Shown: positions 12,045-26,773, counted from the stretch's first letter. The stretch: 64,000 nt of DNA from Eledone cirrhosa (GCA_964016885.1 OZ024742.1:236840001-236904000), one strand, 5' to 3'. Translations and numbers: made by a program. The notes: generated by a model not told the origin, from the sequence alone.

Positions 12045-13155
12045 GTCTTGATTCTACATAATATATGTATATATATACACTCACACACATATGTTTATAA
12101 ATATATTGGACTTTTATCGCGCGTGGATTCAAATATAAACAAGATTTAATCTGAATCTAATTTACATAAGTACTGTTTCTAAAAGCGCAGACACTCTGTG
12201 GTTAATGTTTTCGATGTGTAACCACGCGACTTAGATCTCAGTCTCACTGTATGACACCCTGGGAAAATCTCATCTTCTATAATATTGGATTGACCAATCC
12301 CTTGTTTGTGAAATTTAGTCGACGGAAATTTGGCAACATATCAAAAGTAAAAACTCTGATCATCGGATTTTTATATACCGTATTTCCCGGCGCCTAAGAC
12401 GCTTCGTCCTCGAGGACGCACCCTAATTTTGACAACCAAATATTTGAAAAGAAAATAAGGTCCCAGCACTTCAGGTCTTGTTACCAGAAATTTCTGGATC
12501 CACTCCTACACTACGATACTCCAGTTCGACTATTCACTGTTCGGCCCAGCAGTGATTTTTATCTTCATGTGTTTCGCCAGGGAAGTTCTTGGCCAATAGT
12601 GTCTCAGTTCATGCAAGTGGACAGGGCTACAGCTGGTGCAGTATTTTAAGATTTTGGTAGTATTAGATGTAGACTTATACAGTACTTTCTTTTTCTCAGA
12701 TAAAGGAAAAACTAAACTCCACAATAGGAAAATTATTGAGGAATACGGAATAAGATTTTATTGCACAGTTACACTTTGTAAAAATAGCACATGAATATGA
12801 TATCCCAAATAGAACAAAATAAAAATAGAATAAAGATTACAGTAAAATCTACACAATAAAAAACATTTCAATCATAAAATCCTGAAAATATTTTGCTTAT
12901 TACTACCATTTATAGAAGTACCACATAAACATGACATCCCAAATAGAACAAAATAAAAACAGAACAGATTAAAATCTGCACAGTTGAAATATTACAAATA
13001 AGAGAACATATTTTAATCTTCAAATCCTGAAAATATTTCACGTTTTTGACATTTGTAATAACGTGATATGACAAAGCAAACGTTACAATTAAATTACAAT
13101 GGAAAAAAAATTAAAATTGTGCAAATATTAAACGTACGAGTATAAGGAAAATATT

Positions 13156-14390
13156 TCACTCTTCAAATCCTGAAAACTGACTGCAGTCCTCCATAGCCCC
13201 CAAACCAGAAAAATTATCAGGGTCGTCAATAGTGTCCGAAATGTCACTATCTTCAAATACAATATCATCTTCCGCGCCATCTAATGCATTACTGATGCCA
13301 CATTTTTCAATTTTCATAGCATTCCATGATTTCATGATCCATTCGCACACCTGAATAATTGTTGGCCTCTTCAAACGACCTGTTGGTGTTAGGTCATGGT
13401 CCTTGGCTCTCATCCACTGATTCCACTCTTCTTTCATAAATGCCTTAAAAGGCTTGTTGATTGATAAGTCCAGTGGTTGTAATTGGTTTGTTAAATAACC
13501 AGGAATCACTGCCATTTTCGTTTTCAATTTCTACACCCTTTCTTTAATAGCCTTCGTTTTGTGGACACGAAACTGGTTCCACACAAGAAGGGATAATTTT
13601 ATAAGGAAGCCACCGGAACGCCTTGACCAGACGTTATCTAACCATAACTTCACTCCCTCTTTATCCATCCACCCCTTTGGGTGGACGTGAACAAAATGTC
13701 CACGTGGAATTTTGTCTTTTAGTAAAATTTTCCTCTTGAAAATAAGCAGCGGTGGCAGTTTTGTTCCATCAGCACAACATGACAGTACCACAGTTTTCTC
13801 ATGTCCAGATGTCTTTACACTTACGGTTTTGGACCCTTTAACACCCACTGTTCTATTTGATACAACATCAAACGTTAACACCTCATCCATGTTTCCGATC
13901 TGACCCAGTTCGTAGTCAATCTCTTTTCTTACACTGATTGAGCCTGTGAAATTCGATTATTTTGTTATCATAATCTTCAGGCATTTTTTGTGCTATTCTT
14001 GTTTTCATTCTCATTGCCAGTCCGTGCCTCTTCATAAATCTATAACACCAGCTTCATATGCCACGAAAATCATCCAGACCTCGTGCTGCTCCCCTCACTT
14101 TTGTTTCATTAATAATCCTTTTTATTGATACTTCAAGACACGAATTTATTTCCGCAACTATCAACTCCTTCTTGCTCCAGTTCTGGCCACTTAGCTGCAG
14201 TTTGATGCAGGTTACGTTTAAGTCTTGATGCAGGCTTCAACAGATCCTCTTCTTCCTTCCAGTAGCGGATAATTTTCTCAGTTGGCGGTGCTCCAAAATG
14301 CTTCTCTGCAGCCCTGTTGCCATGCTGTTTGGCATATTCAATCACTTGTAGCTTGTAGTTGATTGTGTAATAGTATCTTCTGCTTGAAGT
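13156..14390 (-). pseudogene. pogo transposase (Brinker-like DBD, CENP-B HTH, DDE_1); broken
   Basis: Peptides IEYAKQHGNRAAEKHFG, MDE, KLPPLLIFK, KGWMD and PGYLTNQLQPLDLSINKPFK, with stops and frameshifts. Confidence 0.9.
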
Positions 14391-14599
14391 TGCGGATCAC
14401 TCCTAACGTCAGAAGGTCCAGCTTTGAACTGGTTAAGACCATGGCTGTCAGAGATCAAGGAGGAAGCCAATGTTGCTGCCTGAACACAACACGTTTCATC
14501 ACAGAGTGTGAGTAAGTGATTACGTTAGTATTGTTATTAATATTTGCTTGTAAACCCTTTAAACATACCGCAGTTTTACTTCTTTCGTCCTTTAATAAT

Positions 14600-14755
14600 T
14601 GTTTCTACGTTAGACACAAGGCCAGCAATTACCCAGTGCATTACTGGTACTTTATTTTATCGACCCCGTAAGGATGAAAGGCAAAGTTAACCTCGCGGGA
14701 TTGAACTCAGAATGGCAAGGGCCGTAACTCTATACGTCAAAGCATGGCGTCCGCT
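14600..14755 (-). mobile_element. 5'-truncated SINE family 1 nested in the pogo element
   Basis: Family core present, with ttaataat duplicated on both sides. Confidence 0.85.
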
Positions 14756-15115
14756 TAATAATGTCCCCTTAAAGTCAAGTCGTTTGAAGAGAGTGACATT
14801 ACCGGCAATACAATACACATGTAACAATATCACTTGTCCGTTGCCTCGTCTAATATACACTGCCCATACGGGAATGAATTTTTGTGATTGCGTATATGTT
14901 AAAAAATATTTATGATACTTTTGTTTATTTACTACTTTAACAAAGTATAATTTATACACTTCACAGGGGTTCAGATTACTGTCTAGCATAGATAATTTTC
15001 CTCTGGGGTTAGGATATGCCTATGAAAAATGTAACCTTCGGCCTCCAGGACACTTGGTAGATTTTTGAGACTTATTTTAGGAAAAAAGTAGCGTCTTCGA
15101 CGCCGGGAAATACGG

Positions 15116-15148
<33 letters not shown>

Positions 15149-16329
15149 ATATATTCATACACATATACATATATACATATGTGTGTATGTGTGTGTGCGC
15201 GCGTGCGTGTGTGTATGTGCGTGTGCGTGCGTTTCTTTACTGTCCCGTAACACAGTGGTTCGACAAATAGTGATCAATTGAATAAGCAACAGTCTTCAAT
15301 AAATAACTACTAGGGTTGCAGGAACAACTAAATTACTTGAAGATGATGTCACAGCATGGTAGCTGTGTAATGGCTGAAACCTGTAAACGAATAAAAGAAT
15401 ACCCTGCAATCATTAAACCCTTCTTTTCTTCTTCTTCTTCTTCTTCTTCTTCTTCTTCTTCTTCTTCTTCTTCTTCTTCTTCTTCTCCCCCCCCCCTCCT
15501 CCTCCTCCTCCTCCTCCTCCTCCTCCTCCTCCTCCTCCTCCTCCTCCTCCTCCGCAGGCATACTCAGCTATGTAAAACAAGATGATATCCTTTCGGCTTT
15601 ACTTGTTCTCCATTGACATAACATCAATAATCTTGAAAACAGTATCAGAATGCAATTCAGTTTTTCTATCGGTGGCTAGCAACTGTAAAGTCTTAGCTAC
15701 TCCAGTGACATAACCACTGTAAACAGCTCCAGCTAAGGTATGCAAAAGTACCTCGTTGCTCTTACAAGACTTGCAGCAGAAACTGGGCTATTTGTAAACT
15801 TCTCCAAAACTAAATATAGGCCATCACATAAGAATAATCAACCTCTACACCTTACAATATATGATAAACCCGTACAACAAGTTTCAGAATTTATCTAGCT
15901 TGGTTATAAATTTCTGTTGCAGTTCGTCACAGAAAAGGCTTAGGCTGGGTAGCTTTAACAAAAATAAACGGATACCACTTTATATCAAATGTAACATCTA
16001 TAACTCTTATGTCCTACCTGTCGTTCTTTATGATTTTAAATGTGATCTGGATCTCATACATGATTAGTAAAATCGAGGCCTTTGAAAACCATATTATGCG
16101 GTTCGACACAAACCAGAAACTACTCAGCCATATAAAATCTGTTGATCAAAACTAGTTGCTATATTATGTGCATCATCTAAAAGCAAAATCCTGAAGGTCT
16201 TTGGTCACGTAAAACGTTAACAAAAAGGTATTTCTAAAACATGTATGGAAGGTATAATTCAGGGTAAAAAAAATATGTACTGAAACATCGGCTGAGAAAG
16301 CTCATTTTCATACAGTGCATATATACATA

Positions 16330-16468
16330 TAGTTTCTATCTACCAAATTCCACTCACATTGCATTGATTAAACCGTAGTTATATTATAAGACACCCAAAT
16401 TGCCATACAGCGGGACAAACCCAGAACCAACTGGTTGTGAAGCGAACATCTTAGTCATTCAGCCACAG
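16330..16468 (-). mobile_element. Old tRNA-derived SINE (family 3); similar remnants at ~12195-12335(+), ~30770-30920(-) and ~32660-32810(+)
   Basis: Degenerate A/B boxes followed by a TTGTGAGTGGAATTTGGTAGA.GGAAACT-like body. Confidence 0.55.
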
Positions 16469-16729
16469 CTTTCGTCCTACCAGCTTCTATTAATAAAGAA
16501 CTTATACTTACTCATTGTTATTGTTGGTTGAGAAATAAATGTTCATAGATCGATATTCGATACACAGCACTATAATACTTGGTGTACTGTGAATACATCC
16601 AACAATAAGACATCTAATGATGATCGGAGATTAAATCAATCGTAATAGAACCCAGCGATCGACATCAATAAATGTTTCATTTCGAAAGATGAGATTTATA
16701 ATCTGAAAATTGTTAATCCTATTAATAAT

Positions 16730-16913
16730 TGTTTCTACTTTAGGCACAAGGCCAGCAATTCACCAGTGCATTACTGGTACTTTATTTTATCGACCCCGTA
16801 AGGATGAAAGGCAAAGTCAACCTCGGCGGGATTTGAACTCAGATCGTAAAGGGACGTAACTATGCTGGAAAGCATGGTGTCCGACCCTCTACCGATACTG
16901 CCAATCCACCACC
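16730..16913 (-). mobile_element. SINE family 1 with a 19-bp TSD
   Basis: tgttaatcctattaataat at 16711-16729 and 16914-16932. Confidence 0.93.
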
Positions 16914-18536
16914 TGTTAATCCTATTAATAATAACAGGAGATCGATTTGGCAGAGTCATGTGATATTTGTTCCTGATCTCTGCATTATGATTTCAAATCC
17001 CAAGGCCTGCTTCACCTTTCATCCTTTCGGGGTCTATAAAGAAAGTGTCAGCCCAGGGAAGGTACAGCTTCTCTTCTTCCAGCTGTTACATCTTGAATGT
17101 CACACTGTATCAAGTGATAGAGGGCCTGAATGCTCCGCTAAATCAAGGGATGGGGACAATCGAGGGGGTGTTTGTGTCTGCTTGGGCACATAAAATCGTT
17201 AGCAAAAGTGTGGTATATACTACCATGTTATATTCGATTTCGAGGGACGGCTGAAACATAGTTATTATCAATATCATACCCGAGAAATTTAAAACCAAAA
17301 TACTAACTATGTAATGTTTTTGTTGTTGTTTTTGTGGGTTTTTTCGAGGAAGGAAATAATTTTTATTTACAGAAAAATATATACAAAGCAATAAAGAAAT
17401 GAGGTATAGAAGAAACAGAAATGAAATGAAATTAAAGAAGAAATTAAACAACGAATGGAAGGGAAGATGGGGAGGGAGCGACAGACTACATCCTAGTCTC
17501 GGCGGTCTCTCACAACTGCGTCCTGCGGACAAAATGGTGAAGGCTTTGCCACGGAAAATAGTCAGATACACCTGATGCAACAGCCACGCTGCCCTACGGG
17601 TCTGCTTCCTTAGGCGGGCTGCCATTTTGCCAATTTTGTGAAGGAAAATTGGCAGTTCGGGTACCTAGGACACTTGAACTCTCGACAGCAACTGGCGTAA
17701 AAAGAAATCATTCTGTCAAAATCTGGTATTTAGCAATTTTCCTCTCCTCTCTACTTCGAGCAGCAGTGCCACAGTTTGCGGCGGAAGCAACAAAGATGGA
17801 AACACTTCCAAAGGAAACTTTTTACATGAAGAACATATGATGATGAGAAGGGATTCTTCGTCAGTTTTCACGATGAGCTTTAAAGTGTTCAATCAACCGA
17901 ACACACACACACACACACACACCCACACATACGCACATATATATATATATGCGTGTGACATTAAACTAGTAAGAGAAACCAGCACACATAGTTCTTCTTC
18001 TTCATTAGTTTCTTTTGCTCTCTTGAGACAATTGGGCAATAAGAGATCTCTATTTTGCACGGTTGCAAGCCTAGTCATGGACCTGCTCTGAAACCATGGA
18101 TTAACTCCTCGTTTCTAAACCAATATTGATTAGTGGCGGTAAGCTTGCTAACCTCGCGCTCCATAGTTTCATAGTATTATATATTATATAATATATATAT
18201 ACAAATTGACCAAGGAAATAGATATTTCATGTTTTATGATAGAAATGACTTTTCTTCGTTGTAAAGAATCTGCAGTATATTTTCAGGAAACACTTTAGGA
18301 AACATTTCTGTAATGTATTTAGAAGAAAGGATATTAATGGAATAGAGTGTGTATGGTTATTTATCAGTGAAACTCGAAGAGGACAGATTCGTAGACATGA
18401 GGTAATACATTAGACTAGAGTGATGCACCATCAGTCACCATCACAATTCCCTTATTTCCTATGCATTTTCAAAATTCACATGCATACATACATATATGTA
18501 TATATGTATGCTCATATATAATATGTGATTGTGTGG

Positions 18537-18621
<85 letters not shown>

Positions 18622-18727
18622 CACACACATTAAATAACACATACACAAATATAAATGTTTACTCCACCATATCTTTGCTTCCTTTCAGATGTAAACAAAA
18701 GGTGTTAAATATCCACTCATGTGAAAC

Positions 18728-18853
18728 ACATATACGTATGCACACATACACGCACTCACACATACACACACATGCATATATTCATATATATATATATATA
18801 TATGAATATATGCATGTGTGTGTGAGTGTGTGTATGTGTGCATACGTATATGT
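18728..18853. repeat. Palindrome centred on a (TA)n run
   Basis: acatatacgtatgcacac..catgcatatattca(ta)n tgaatatatgcatg..gtgtgcatacgtatatgt. Confidence 0.85.
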
Positions 18854-19014
18854 ACACACACACACACATATATATTGTGTGTCTGTGTGTACATCACCGT
18901 TTATTCACACACACACACACACACATATATATGCGTGTTTGTGTACACCGTATCCTACTACACATACAAATACATATTCTTTCCCCAGACACACACACAC
19001 ACACACACACGCAC

Positions 19015-19089
<75 letters not shown>

Positions 19090-19355
19090 CACACGCAGTT
19101 TCAACCCCACACGCAGGCTATCCCGCATATACACAGTCTTCAGCAAACACACATACACACACACACACACACCACACACACAGAGTATCCCTTCACCTCC
19201 AGAACCATTACTTAACACGAACAAATAATGTACACACTATCTTCCTGGACGCACACATAAATACACACCAACGTACAGTCTCAATCACACACACCCACAG
19301 TCTCCACCGCATACATACACAAATACTATCTCCCAACACACACACAGAAGTACAG

Positions 19356-19404
<49 letters not shown>

Positions 19405-21179
19405 CGTATTAAATAATGCTGACGTATATTTATTCACCTATTAATATTAATTCTTCGCCACCAATCCCATCATACACCATTCTTTTCTTTCCTGCTATGT
19501 TCCACCATTCCCAACCTCCAATATGTCTGACACTTAATTAAAGCCAACGAGAAGTTCTCTACATGGTCAGATTGTTTGCTAGAAATAACAACACATCTCC
19601 TTGAAATCAAACCCAACTTTCTTGAAAAAGTAGAGATACATTAGATAATGTAGTCCTAGATATGCAATGCCTGAGTGATCGACGGCATAGTCATGGCTGG
19701 AATGCATTTCATCATACATATTACGTAGTCTTGGAACAAAACCCAACAAAAACATCCAATTCTATTTCTTCCCTAAGAAGCCATCTTAAAAAATATAGTT
19801 AAACATGGTTTGCACCCATTTAGTTAACTATCACAGCTGGATCTGGTGGTGTTTGATCGAGGGAAGGCAAAATACTGTACGGTATCGCAATCTTTCCGTT
19901 CTGAGACGGTAAATCTTATTCCGGGAGGTCGAATCTTTAAAATAAGTTCTAAATATCGAGATTAGGCTGTGGGTGTGTCAAACGCTTAGAGGGAATCACC
20001 ATTTTTCTTCTGTTTTGAGACTGTATGTCTCCAATCTCTGATGTACCCTACAGTGATTTCTTTTCCTTTGTGGCAATCAGGTGAATTCGGCCTCAGACAC
20101 AAGCTTCGTCACGCAACAGTCTGCGTATCGTATGATGTCAAAGTATAGGATATACTCCGGGAGAAGGTAGAATTGCTAATGGAGTGGGTGTCGTTGGTTG
20201 TTCTCTGCGGAGTGCTTTCTCTATCTGGTCTCCGAATCGCAGCTCTGTTATATTGCCTAAAAGCATATATTTTGCCCCATGCCTTTCCTCTTTTCCTTTT
20301 TAATATTCACCCAATGCCTTTTTCTCCTATGTATATTATCTATTAAATCAAATAACTTTCATTTAAATTAAAACAAAATACGTACATGTATATATGAAGA
20401 AGAACCGCCATTTTAGTTTTCAACAGATTTCTAAAAGCTCTCCAATGTGTTTCTTTTCGAAACTACAACGGTTAAAGCATCTGGCATCCATATTCCAAAA
20501 TCATCTACCTATCTAAGTTCAATCGGGACGGTGATGGCCATCCGCAAGAACAAATTCCGTGAAAAAGCCTGGTTATTTCAGTACAACGCCCTCACCGTTA
20601 TTTGTGGCAACACATTCGTTATTTCGTCTGCTGGGTCCCCGAAACGCCATGATTTGCACTTATCTTGCACAATTTTACAACTTTATTGAGGCAGAAGGAG
20701 AGAATAAACATATGCTGATTTTTGGGGCGAAGAGAATTTAACTATATCACTCAACGTTTGTTAATAACTAAAGTCTCAATAGTCAATTTATACACACACA
20801 TACACATACACACACACATATATATATGCGTGTATGTGTGTATATTTGTTTGCGTGTGTGTCTGTGTGCATACGTTTCTCTGTGTGTGTACAAATATATA
20901 CGCAAAGACATACACACACAGTTTAGCGTATGTAATTTATACGTATATATTTAGATACGTATAAATTGTGTCTTGTATTTGGACAATGTTTCATCGTCTT
21001 CCGGCTGCCAATGTTTTTTTTTCCTGTCTATGTAGATTAAATATATTTATTTCGGAAGAACAGGCATTTCTCAACTCAGCAAACAATTCTAAAAAGATTC
21101 ATACAGACATATATACACATACGCACGCGTCCACATACATACACACACGCATACACACACGCACGCACACACACATACG

Positions 21180-21226
<47 letters not shown>

Positions 21227-21473
21227 ATATATATAAGTGTATATATATATATATATACAGATACATACATATAAATATATATTTATATATATGTCTATAT
21301 ATATGTACACACACACATATATATATATATATACAAACACATACGTATGTATTCTCTTGAATATGATTGAAATTTCCACCAGATGCTATCCTTCATGTTT
21401 ATCTGCCCTCTACAATGTCTTTCTTCTTCATTAGTTTTCAATGAAACTGAAAACATTTACACGCAGACACACA

Positions 21474-21523
<50 letters not shown>

Positions 21524-23069
21524 TATATATATATATGTGTGTGTGTATGTGTCTGCGTGTGTGTAAGTGGATGTTTAAATCTAGTCCGTTGCTACGTGCC
21601 GTGTGATTCGGGCAGAACATATGAAGCCATCACTTGTTGATTGCTTTAGCAAAGCGCCCAACTTAATAAGAGCATTTAATTAGAATATGGGGCTAATCCA
21701 ACAGGGATGTGCGAACCACATTATGTAAGCCGGAGCATTATATATTATCAAAAGATCGGAGGCCATAATCAGTTGATTCAAGTTTATTTAAAACTTCCTT
21801 ATACATATTTCACTGAGGACTATCAGTTATGATAGCCTAAGCTCTTCAGATGGCGAAACCTATAAACAATGAAAACATTGAAACTGCCTCCAAAAATCTT
21901 TAAATTAAAAAAAATCCAAAAATATGTGTGTATGCAAAAATTAAACAAACAGTAAAATGAAGAAATATATTACTTTAACACATCATATAATAGGAAAATA
22001 ATTTTAACGTTTCGACACTAGTCCTTTACCAGAAAGTAGAGTGAGTAATAATAAATAAAATAGAAAGGTAGAGAGTGAGAAGAGAACTGAATGGAAGAAA
22101 ATGTTTTTGAGAAAAACACGTATGTATTCAGTCAGCCATTTTGGAGAAATGTTTTTCAGCTCCTAGAGAGGTCTACAAAGGGTTGTAATCACTATATTTT
22201 GAGTGCGCGCGTGTGTGTGTCCGTGTGCATGTGTAGGTTTGTTCGTTTGTTTGTGCAAAGGTTTGAAGGTTGGGCATTGGACTGTGACACAGCTGGCTGC
22301 TGTGAGGATGTCGAGGGGTGTGTGTGTGTGTATGCGCTTACATGTGTGAACTGACAACGTAGGGAAGTATAAATGTATATGAAATGTTACCCATACATAC
22401 ACACATAGACACATACGTAGAAGCTTTCGCAAAGAGTAGCATAGAAAAGAAGGCGTTATGTTGTCTTATATATTCCATTTCGTGGTATGGCCGTTAGAGA
22501 AATTGCTTAGCTTCTGGTTCGACGATATGGTGGTACAACCGTAAACAGTCGAACTACGAAGTATGGAAGTGGATAGAGCCGGGAGGTGGTGGGGGCGGAT
22601 GGTATACTGGGAAACATTCAACATTGACGGCACCATAGCCGCAGCACAGGGTGCCATGCGATAACAGACACGCATGCAGAGGAAACAAGCATCTTAGCCA
22701 GAGCCCAGGGATGTGTGAATGAGTGGTGTGTGAGCGTGTGCAAATACGCGTCCATGAATCAGAATGTGTAGGCGGCGGGGAGATTGTGTTATAATAATCG
22801 TGGATGCAGATGCACGTGTATATAATGCAGCCCTATGTGTGTGTATGCACGTTGTCTGCATGGGAAGCTACAGTTGTAGGGTGGATAGGATATGCATGTG
22901 TGTAAATAGAAATTTAAGGGTTATGTGTGTTAGGTGGTATAACGGGTGTTGTGAATGTGAAAATGTATTATGTGGTTGCTGGAGTTGTGTGTGTGTATGT
23001 GCGTGTGTTTGTGTATGAGAGCAAGGATAAAAGGAGATTATAGAAACTATGTGTGTATGTTATAGTGGA

Positions 23070-23892
23070 ATTGGGTCCATTCAGGAAAGTAGTTCCAAGG
23101 CGAAAATTTAAGTTCTGCTCGGTCCAGGTGCAAGTGAAGAGGGATCCGTGATGTAAGATGTGGTCTGAGACAGGGATGTGTTGAGTTGAGTGGTTAGGAG
23201 AACTGAAGTGACAAGCGACAGGGGTGCTTTACCAAGTTGTATGTTTCGCACGTGTTCGGAGGATCGGTCGCCAGGCGGCGGCCACTTTATCCGATGAATA
23301 TAAACCCAGAAAGGGAACACCGGGGGGAATAGACGACATTGGTAGAGGTGCAGGTGAAGGAGTGGAGTGGCGAATGTGAAAGAGTGCTTCCTACCTGTGA
23401 GGGTAGTGAGGTTTGTTATGGAGGGACAGGTACTACAGCAGGGGCGAGAGCAAGAACGGGTCTAGGTGGAGTCCTAGGGAAGGAAGAGAAGGAACTGTGT
23501 ACAGGAAAGGCACGGAGATTACGCGCGCCCGCTTAAAAACGGTGATGGGTGGAATAGGAAAGAAGCAGGAATTGACGGGGTCAGAAACTAGGTTTCGGAA
23601 GCAAAGATGGATACGACGCCACAAGGGTAGAGTAGAAGGGTGATAGTCGAAAGAGAAAGGAAGCTCGGTGTTGGCAGTGGGGGGATGGAGTCATGTGTGA
23701 GAGGGCTGCTGTGCGGTCAGTATCATGGGCGCAGGTAAGAACAACTTGGATCAAGGTGGGAGGATATCCATGCTGGATGAAGCGAAAATCTATTAGTTGG
23801 GACTGGAACTCGAGGTCTTGGTCTTAGTTGCAGAGTCGAAGAAGAAGGACTTGTGAGTAGTATGGATGGAAATGAAGTCGATGTCGGAGTGG

Positions 23893-23893
<1 letters not shown>
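23070..23893 (-). mobile_element. Decayed Neptune-type Penelope-like element (RT thumb/linker and GIY-YIG endonuclease)
   Basis: Manual translation across frameshifts gives SIPY.SQ..RLC, FIQHGYP, YHPSTLPL..FKRA.NLR, FTCTSTNVVY..C..FIG..GRRL..EHVRNI..PVACHF..EQNLNFRLGT. The 5' end abuts (CA)n/(TA)n. The 3'UTR may extend to ~21990. Confidence 0.8.
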
Positions 23894-23928
<35 letters not shown>

Positions 23929-24164
23929 GTAGCTTGTGTTTCTTCCTATCTTCGGTTAGCTTTCCCCTGTGTTGTTTACTTGTCTCACTCGCTTTACGCG
24001 TTTTAATTGTCCTAATAACTTATTTTAGTTATTATTGCACCAACGTGAGGTATATGATTTTTAATGCAATGAAATACCAATGACCGTTGGCAAATCACTG
24101 ATGAGGGACTCATTTTATAACATGTTATCCATGTGCAACCATGCAGTATTCTTCTCCCCATATT

Positions 24165-24238
<74 letters not shown>

Positions 24239-25063
24239 TTAAGCTTCAAATAATTTTTTCTGTCTGTGTCAGTTTAATGACGTCACAGACAGGATACAAC
24301 TAAGTCTGAAGAAACCTCTGATTCTATCAATTCCAAACACATCATGTCATGATAACTTTACTCTTTGAACTCACGCTTCAAATGTTCTCAATATATATTA
24401 ATGCTACTAACTACAACCGTCACTCGCAATCGAGTAGGACTTGGTCGTAAGTATTAAGCTTTTGCTAAAGATTTTGTCAGGCTATGTGGTTGCCAGCAGA
24501 CACGCACACCATCTTAAACCCATACATCTTTTGTTTTCGTTATATGACATAGATAGGGGTGCATTGGTTGAGTTATTCGGACAGAGACTACTATCGCAGC
24601 ATATAAAGCAACCCCTGACCCCTTTTTAATCAACAAATAAGTGTTTCTGATTGATAGCTTCGCATATGGCATCTACGAACCCACCATTGTCAAATGTGTA
24701 GCATACCGAGGCCGTTCGTCATAGCAGTCGCAGTGACCAGCGGACTGCTTCCGCATCAATTCTATTCTCTGTTTATGTTTGCTGTAATCCAGTAATTGAT
24801 TACTTAATCTTGGCGAGCTACACCTAATGACGTTGCCAGATGTCTTGCGTCATATAAGTAGGCCATAGAAATATGTATTGGGATTTTTGAAACATTAACG
24901 TAATATTTGGAATCCGGCCTTCTGTTCTCAGTGAAGTATACACACACACAGATACATACACACACACACGCGCGCGCGTGCGCACACACGCACACACACA
25001 CACACACACACGCACGCACACACACATACACACGCACACACACCTATAAATATATATATATAT

Positions 25064-25116
25064 ACATGATGATGGCTGCCCCCTCGTTATCGAGTATGGC
25101 CATTGCACGATATACC
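25064..25116 (-). mobile_element. 3' terminus of the RTE family seen at 37315-37358 and 38218-38272
   Basis: CGTGCAATGGCCATACTCGATAACGAGGGGGCAGCCATCATCATGTA. Confidence 0.8.
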
Positions 25117-25159
25117 ATGGGTAATTGCTGGCCTTGTGCCTAAAGTAGAAACAATTAAT

Positions 25160-25612
25160 TAATCCAAGAGTGCAGAATCATGTTGTAGGCTTTGCGGTAA
25201 TCGACCCACGCCATGGTCAAGTTGGTTTTCCGCTTCTTGCTACCCTTAAGTATTGTTTTATCTATCAAAAGCTGGTCCTTGGTACCTCTGCACTTACGCT
25301 TGTACCCTTCCTACTCATCTGGTAGGGTTTCATTTTCTTCAAGACGCCAGTACATTGATTCTACGATTATTCCAGTCAATAATTTCCACATAAGTGGTAA
25401 GCATGTTGTCGGTCTATAGTTGTCTACTGCATTCCCTTTAGTGATATCTTTTAAGCACAAAACTGTCCCGCCCTTTGTCAGCCACTCCGGTATCTCTTGA
25501 TCAGCATTTAGCAATGTGTTGAGTTATTCAGTTATTCGTTCATGGCATTGACTAAATCTTTTGATCCAGCAGCCTTGAACTCCATCTAGTCCTGGAGACT
25601 TCCAGCAGCTCA
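25160..25612 (-). mobile_element. R4/Dong-like LINE RT fragment
   Basis: [45 protein letters not shown] and [18 protein letters not shown]. Confidence 0.8.
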
Positions 25613-26144
25613 AAATAACAACAATAGAAGGAAACTTTAAAATGACAAACAACCTTTGACCGAGGCCAACGTGATTGAAGTTGTTGTTGTTGATGGTGGT
25701 GGAGTGGCTGACGCAGTGGTCGGTGGGGGATGATGATGTCTTTAGGGCCTGGCTCTTAATCTTCCGACACAATTTTATATAAGAACCATATGTTAAATTA
25801 CTATTTTAATAATGAAATAGACAATAATTTTAGTAAATCTCTTAACATTTTTTGTTAAGTAATTAAAATAAATTAAATAAAGTGCATTTCATTAAAAACC
25901 TCGCCACGAAAAGATCAGCTCTTTTGATACCACCCACTCAAAATCAGTTCTGGTTATGTCAAACAAAACGACCCATTTTAAAGGTTTCTTATTTAAATTA
26001 AAACATTCCAACACCATTTTATATAAAAATTAATTTCTTAAGTTAGTATTTTAGTAATGAAATAATGAATAATTTTAGTAAATCACTTAAAGCATTGAGT
26101 AACCAGAAGGGAGGTAAGTGTAAAAGCCAAACTCGCTATTAAGT

Positions 26145-26410
26145 ATTAAGTATTCGTGCCAATCTTTACCTATGGTCAAGAATCTTGGGTAATGATAGAA
26201 AGAATACGATGGCGAATGCAAGCTTCCGAAATGGGGTTTCCCCGAAAGATCTTTGGAGTAACGTTACTAATAGAATTCGTAGCCTGGAGAATCGAGAGTT
26301 ACTCCAGGTAGAGATGCTTCTTCTCCGAATTGAAAGAACACAGCTCCAATAACTTGAGCATGTGGTTGGAATATCTCAAAACAGAATCGCTGGACAGATT
26401 TTATGGGCAA
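26145..26410 (+). mobile_element. Decayed RTE LINE fragment
   Basis: VFVPIFTYGQESWVMIERIR..ASEMGF. Confidence 0.65.
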
Positions 26411-26669
26411 AAAAAAAAAAAGAAGAAGCAGAACTTAAAATTCTCCATTAATTAAATGAAATAGACTGGTTTTCATTAGACATACAGCCACTAATGTGTT
26501 AAATGATGACGTTTGTATATGTTAGGACGTTGTTTTGTTTGGCCTTTATAACCTATGTTTATTGCTCTGGTCTTTTTTTAGTCCATGGAGCGCTTGCCAG
26601 CATAACTCGGATATTGCGTTTCGCTTTGTTTTCGACCACTGCCGAAATTCGATCTTGCTGAAATTATAT

Positions 26670-26773
<104 letters not shown>

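Larger units (their letters stand above)
12378..15115 (-). mobile_element. Complete pogo/Tigger-type (Tc1-mariner superfamily) DNA transposon
   Basis: ~25-bp TIRs CCGTATTTCCCGGCG..AGACGC at both ends, with TA duplication at 12376-77 and 15116-17. Confidence 0.92.

Noticed and set aside
17440-17830. GC-richer island with aaaATGG start of the minus ORF 17143-17625
   Set aside because: The ORF runs into low-complexity AT-rich sequence and no family is recognised.
19800-20760. Unique-looking sequence with a possible terminal exon on the minus strand (ttttag|..ELRFGDQIEKALRREQPTTPTPLAILPSPGVYPIL*, ~20260-20140)
   Set aside because: No recognisable homology or consistent upstream exon. It needs RNA-seq or BLAST.
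21808-21885. CTGAGGA..GAAA hammerhead-like string
   Set aside because: Stem III and the cleavage triplet cannot be formed.
24060-24115. Hammerhead at GAAA-TACCAA..TTGGCA..CTGATGAG (also 9480-9515)
   Set aside because: No UH triplet in register, and neither stem I nor stem II closes.
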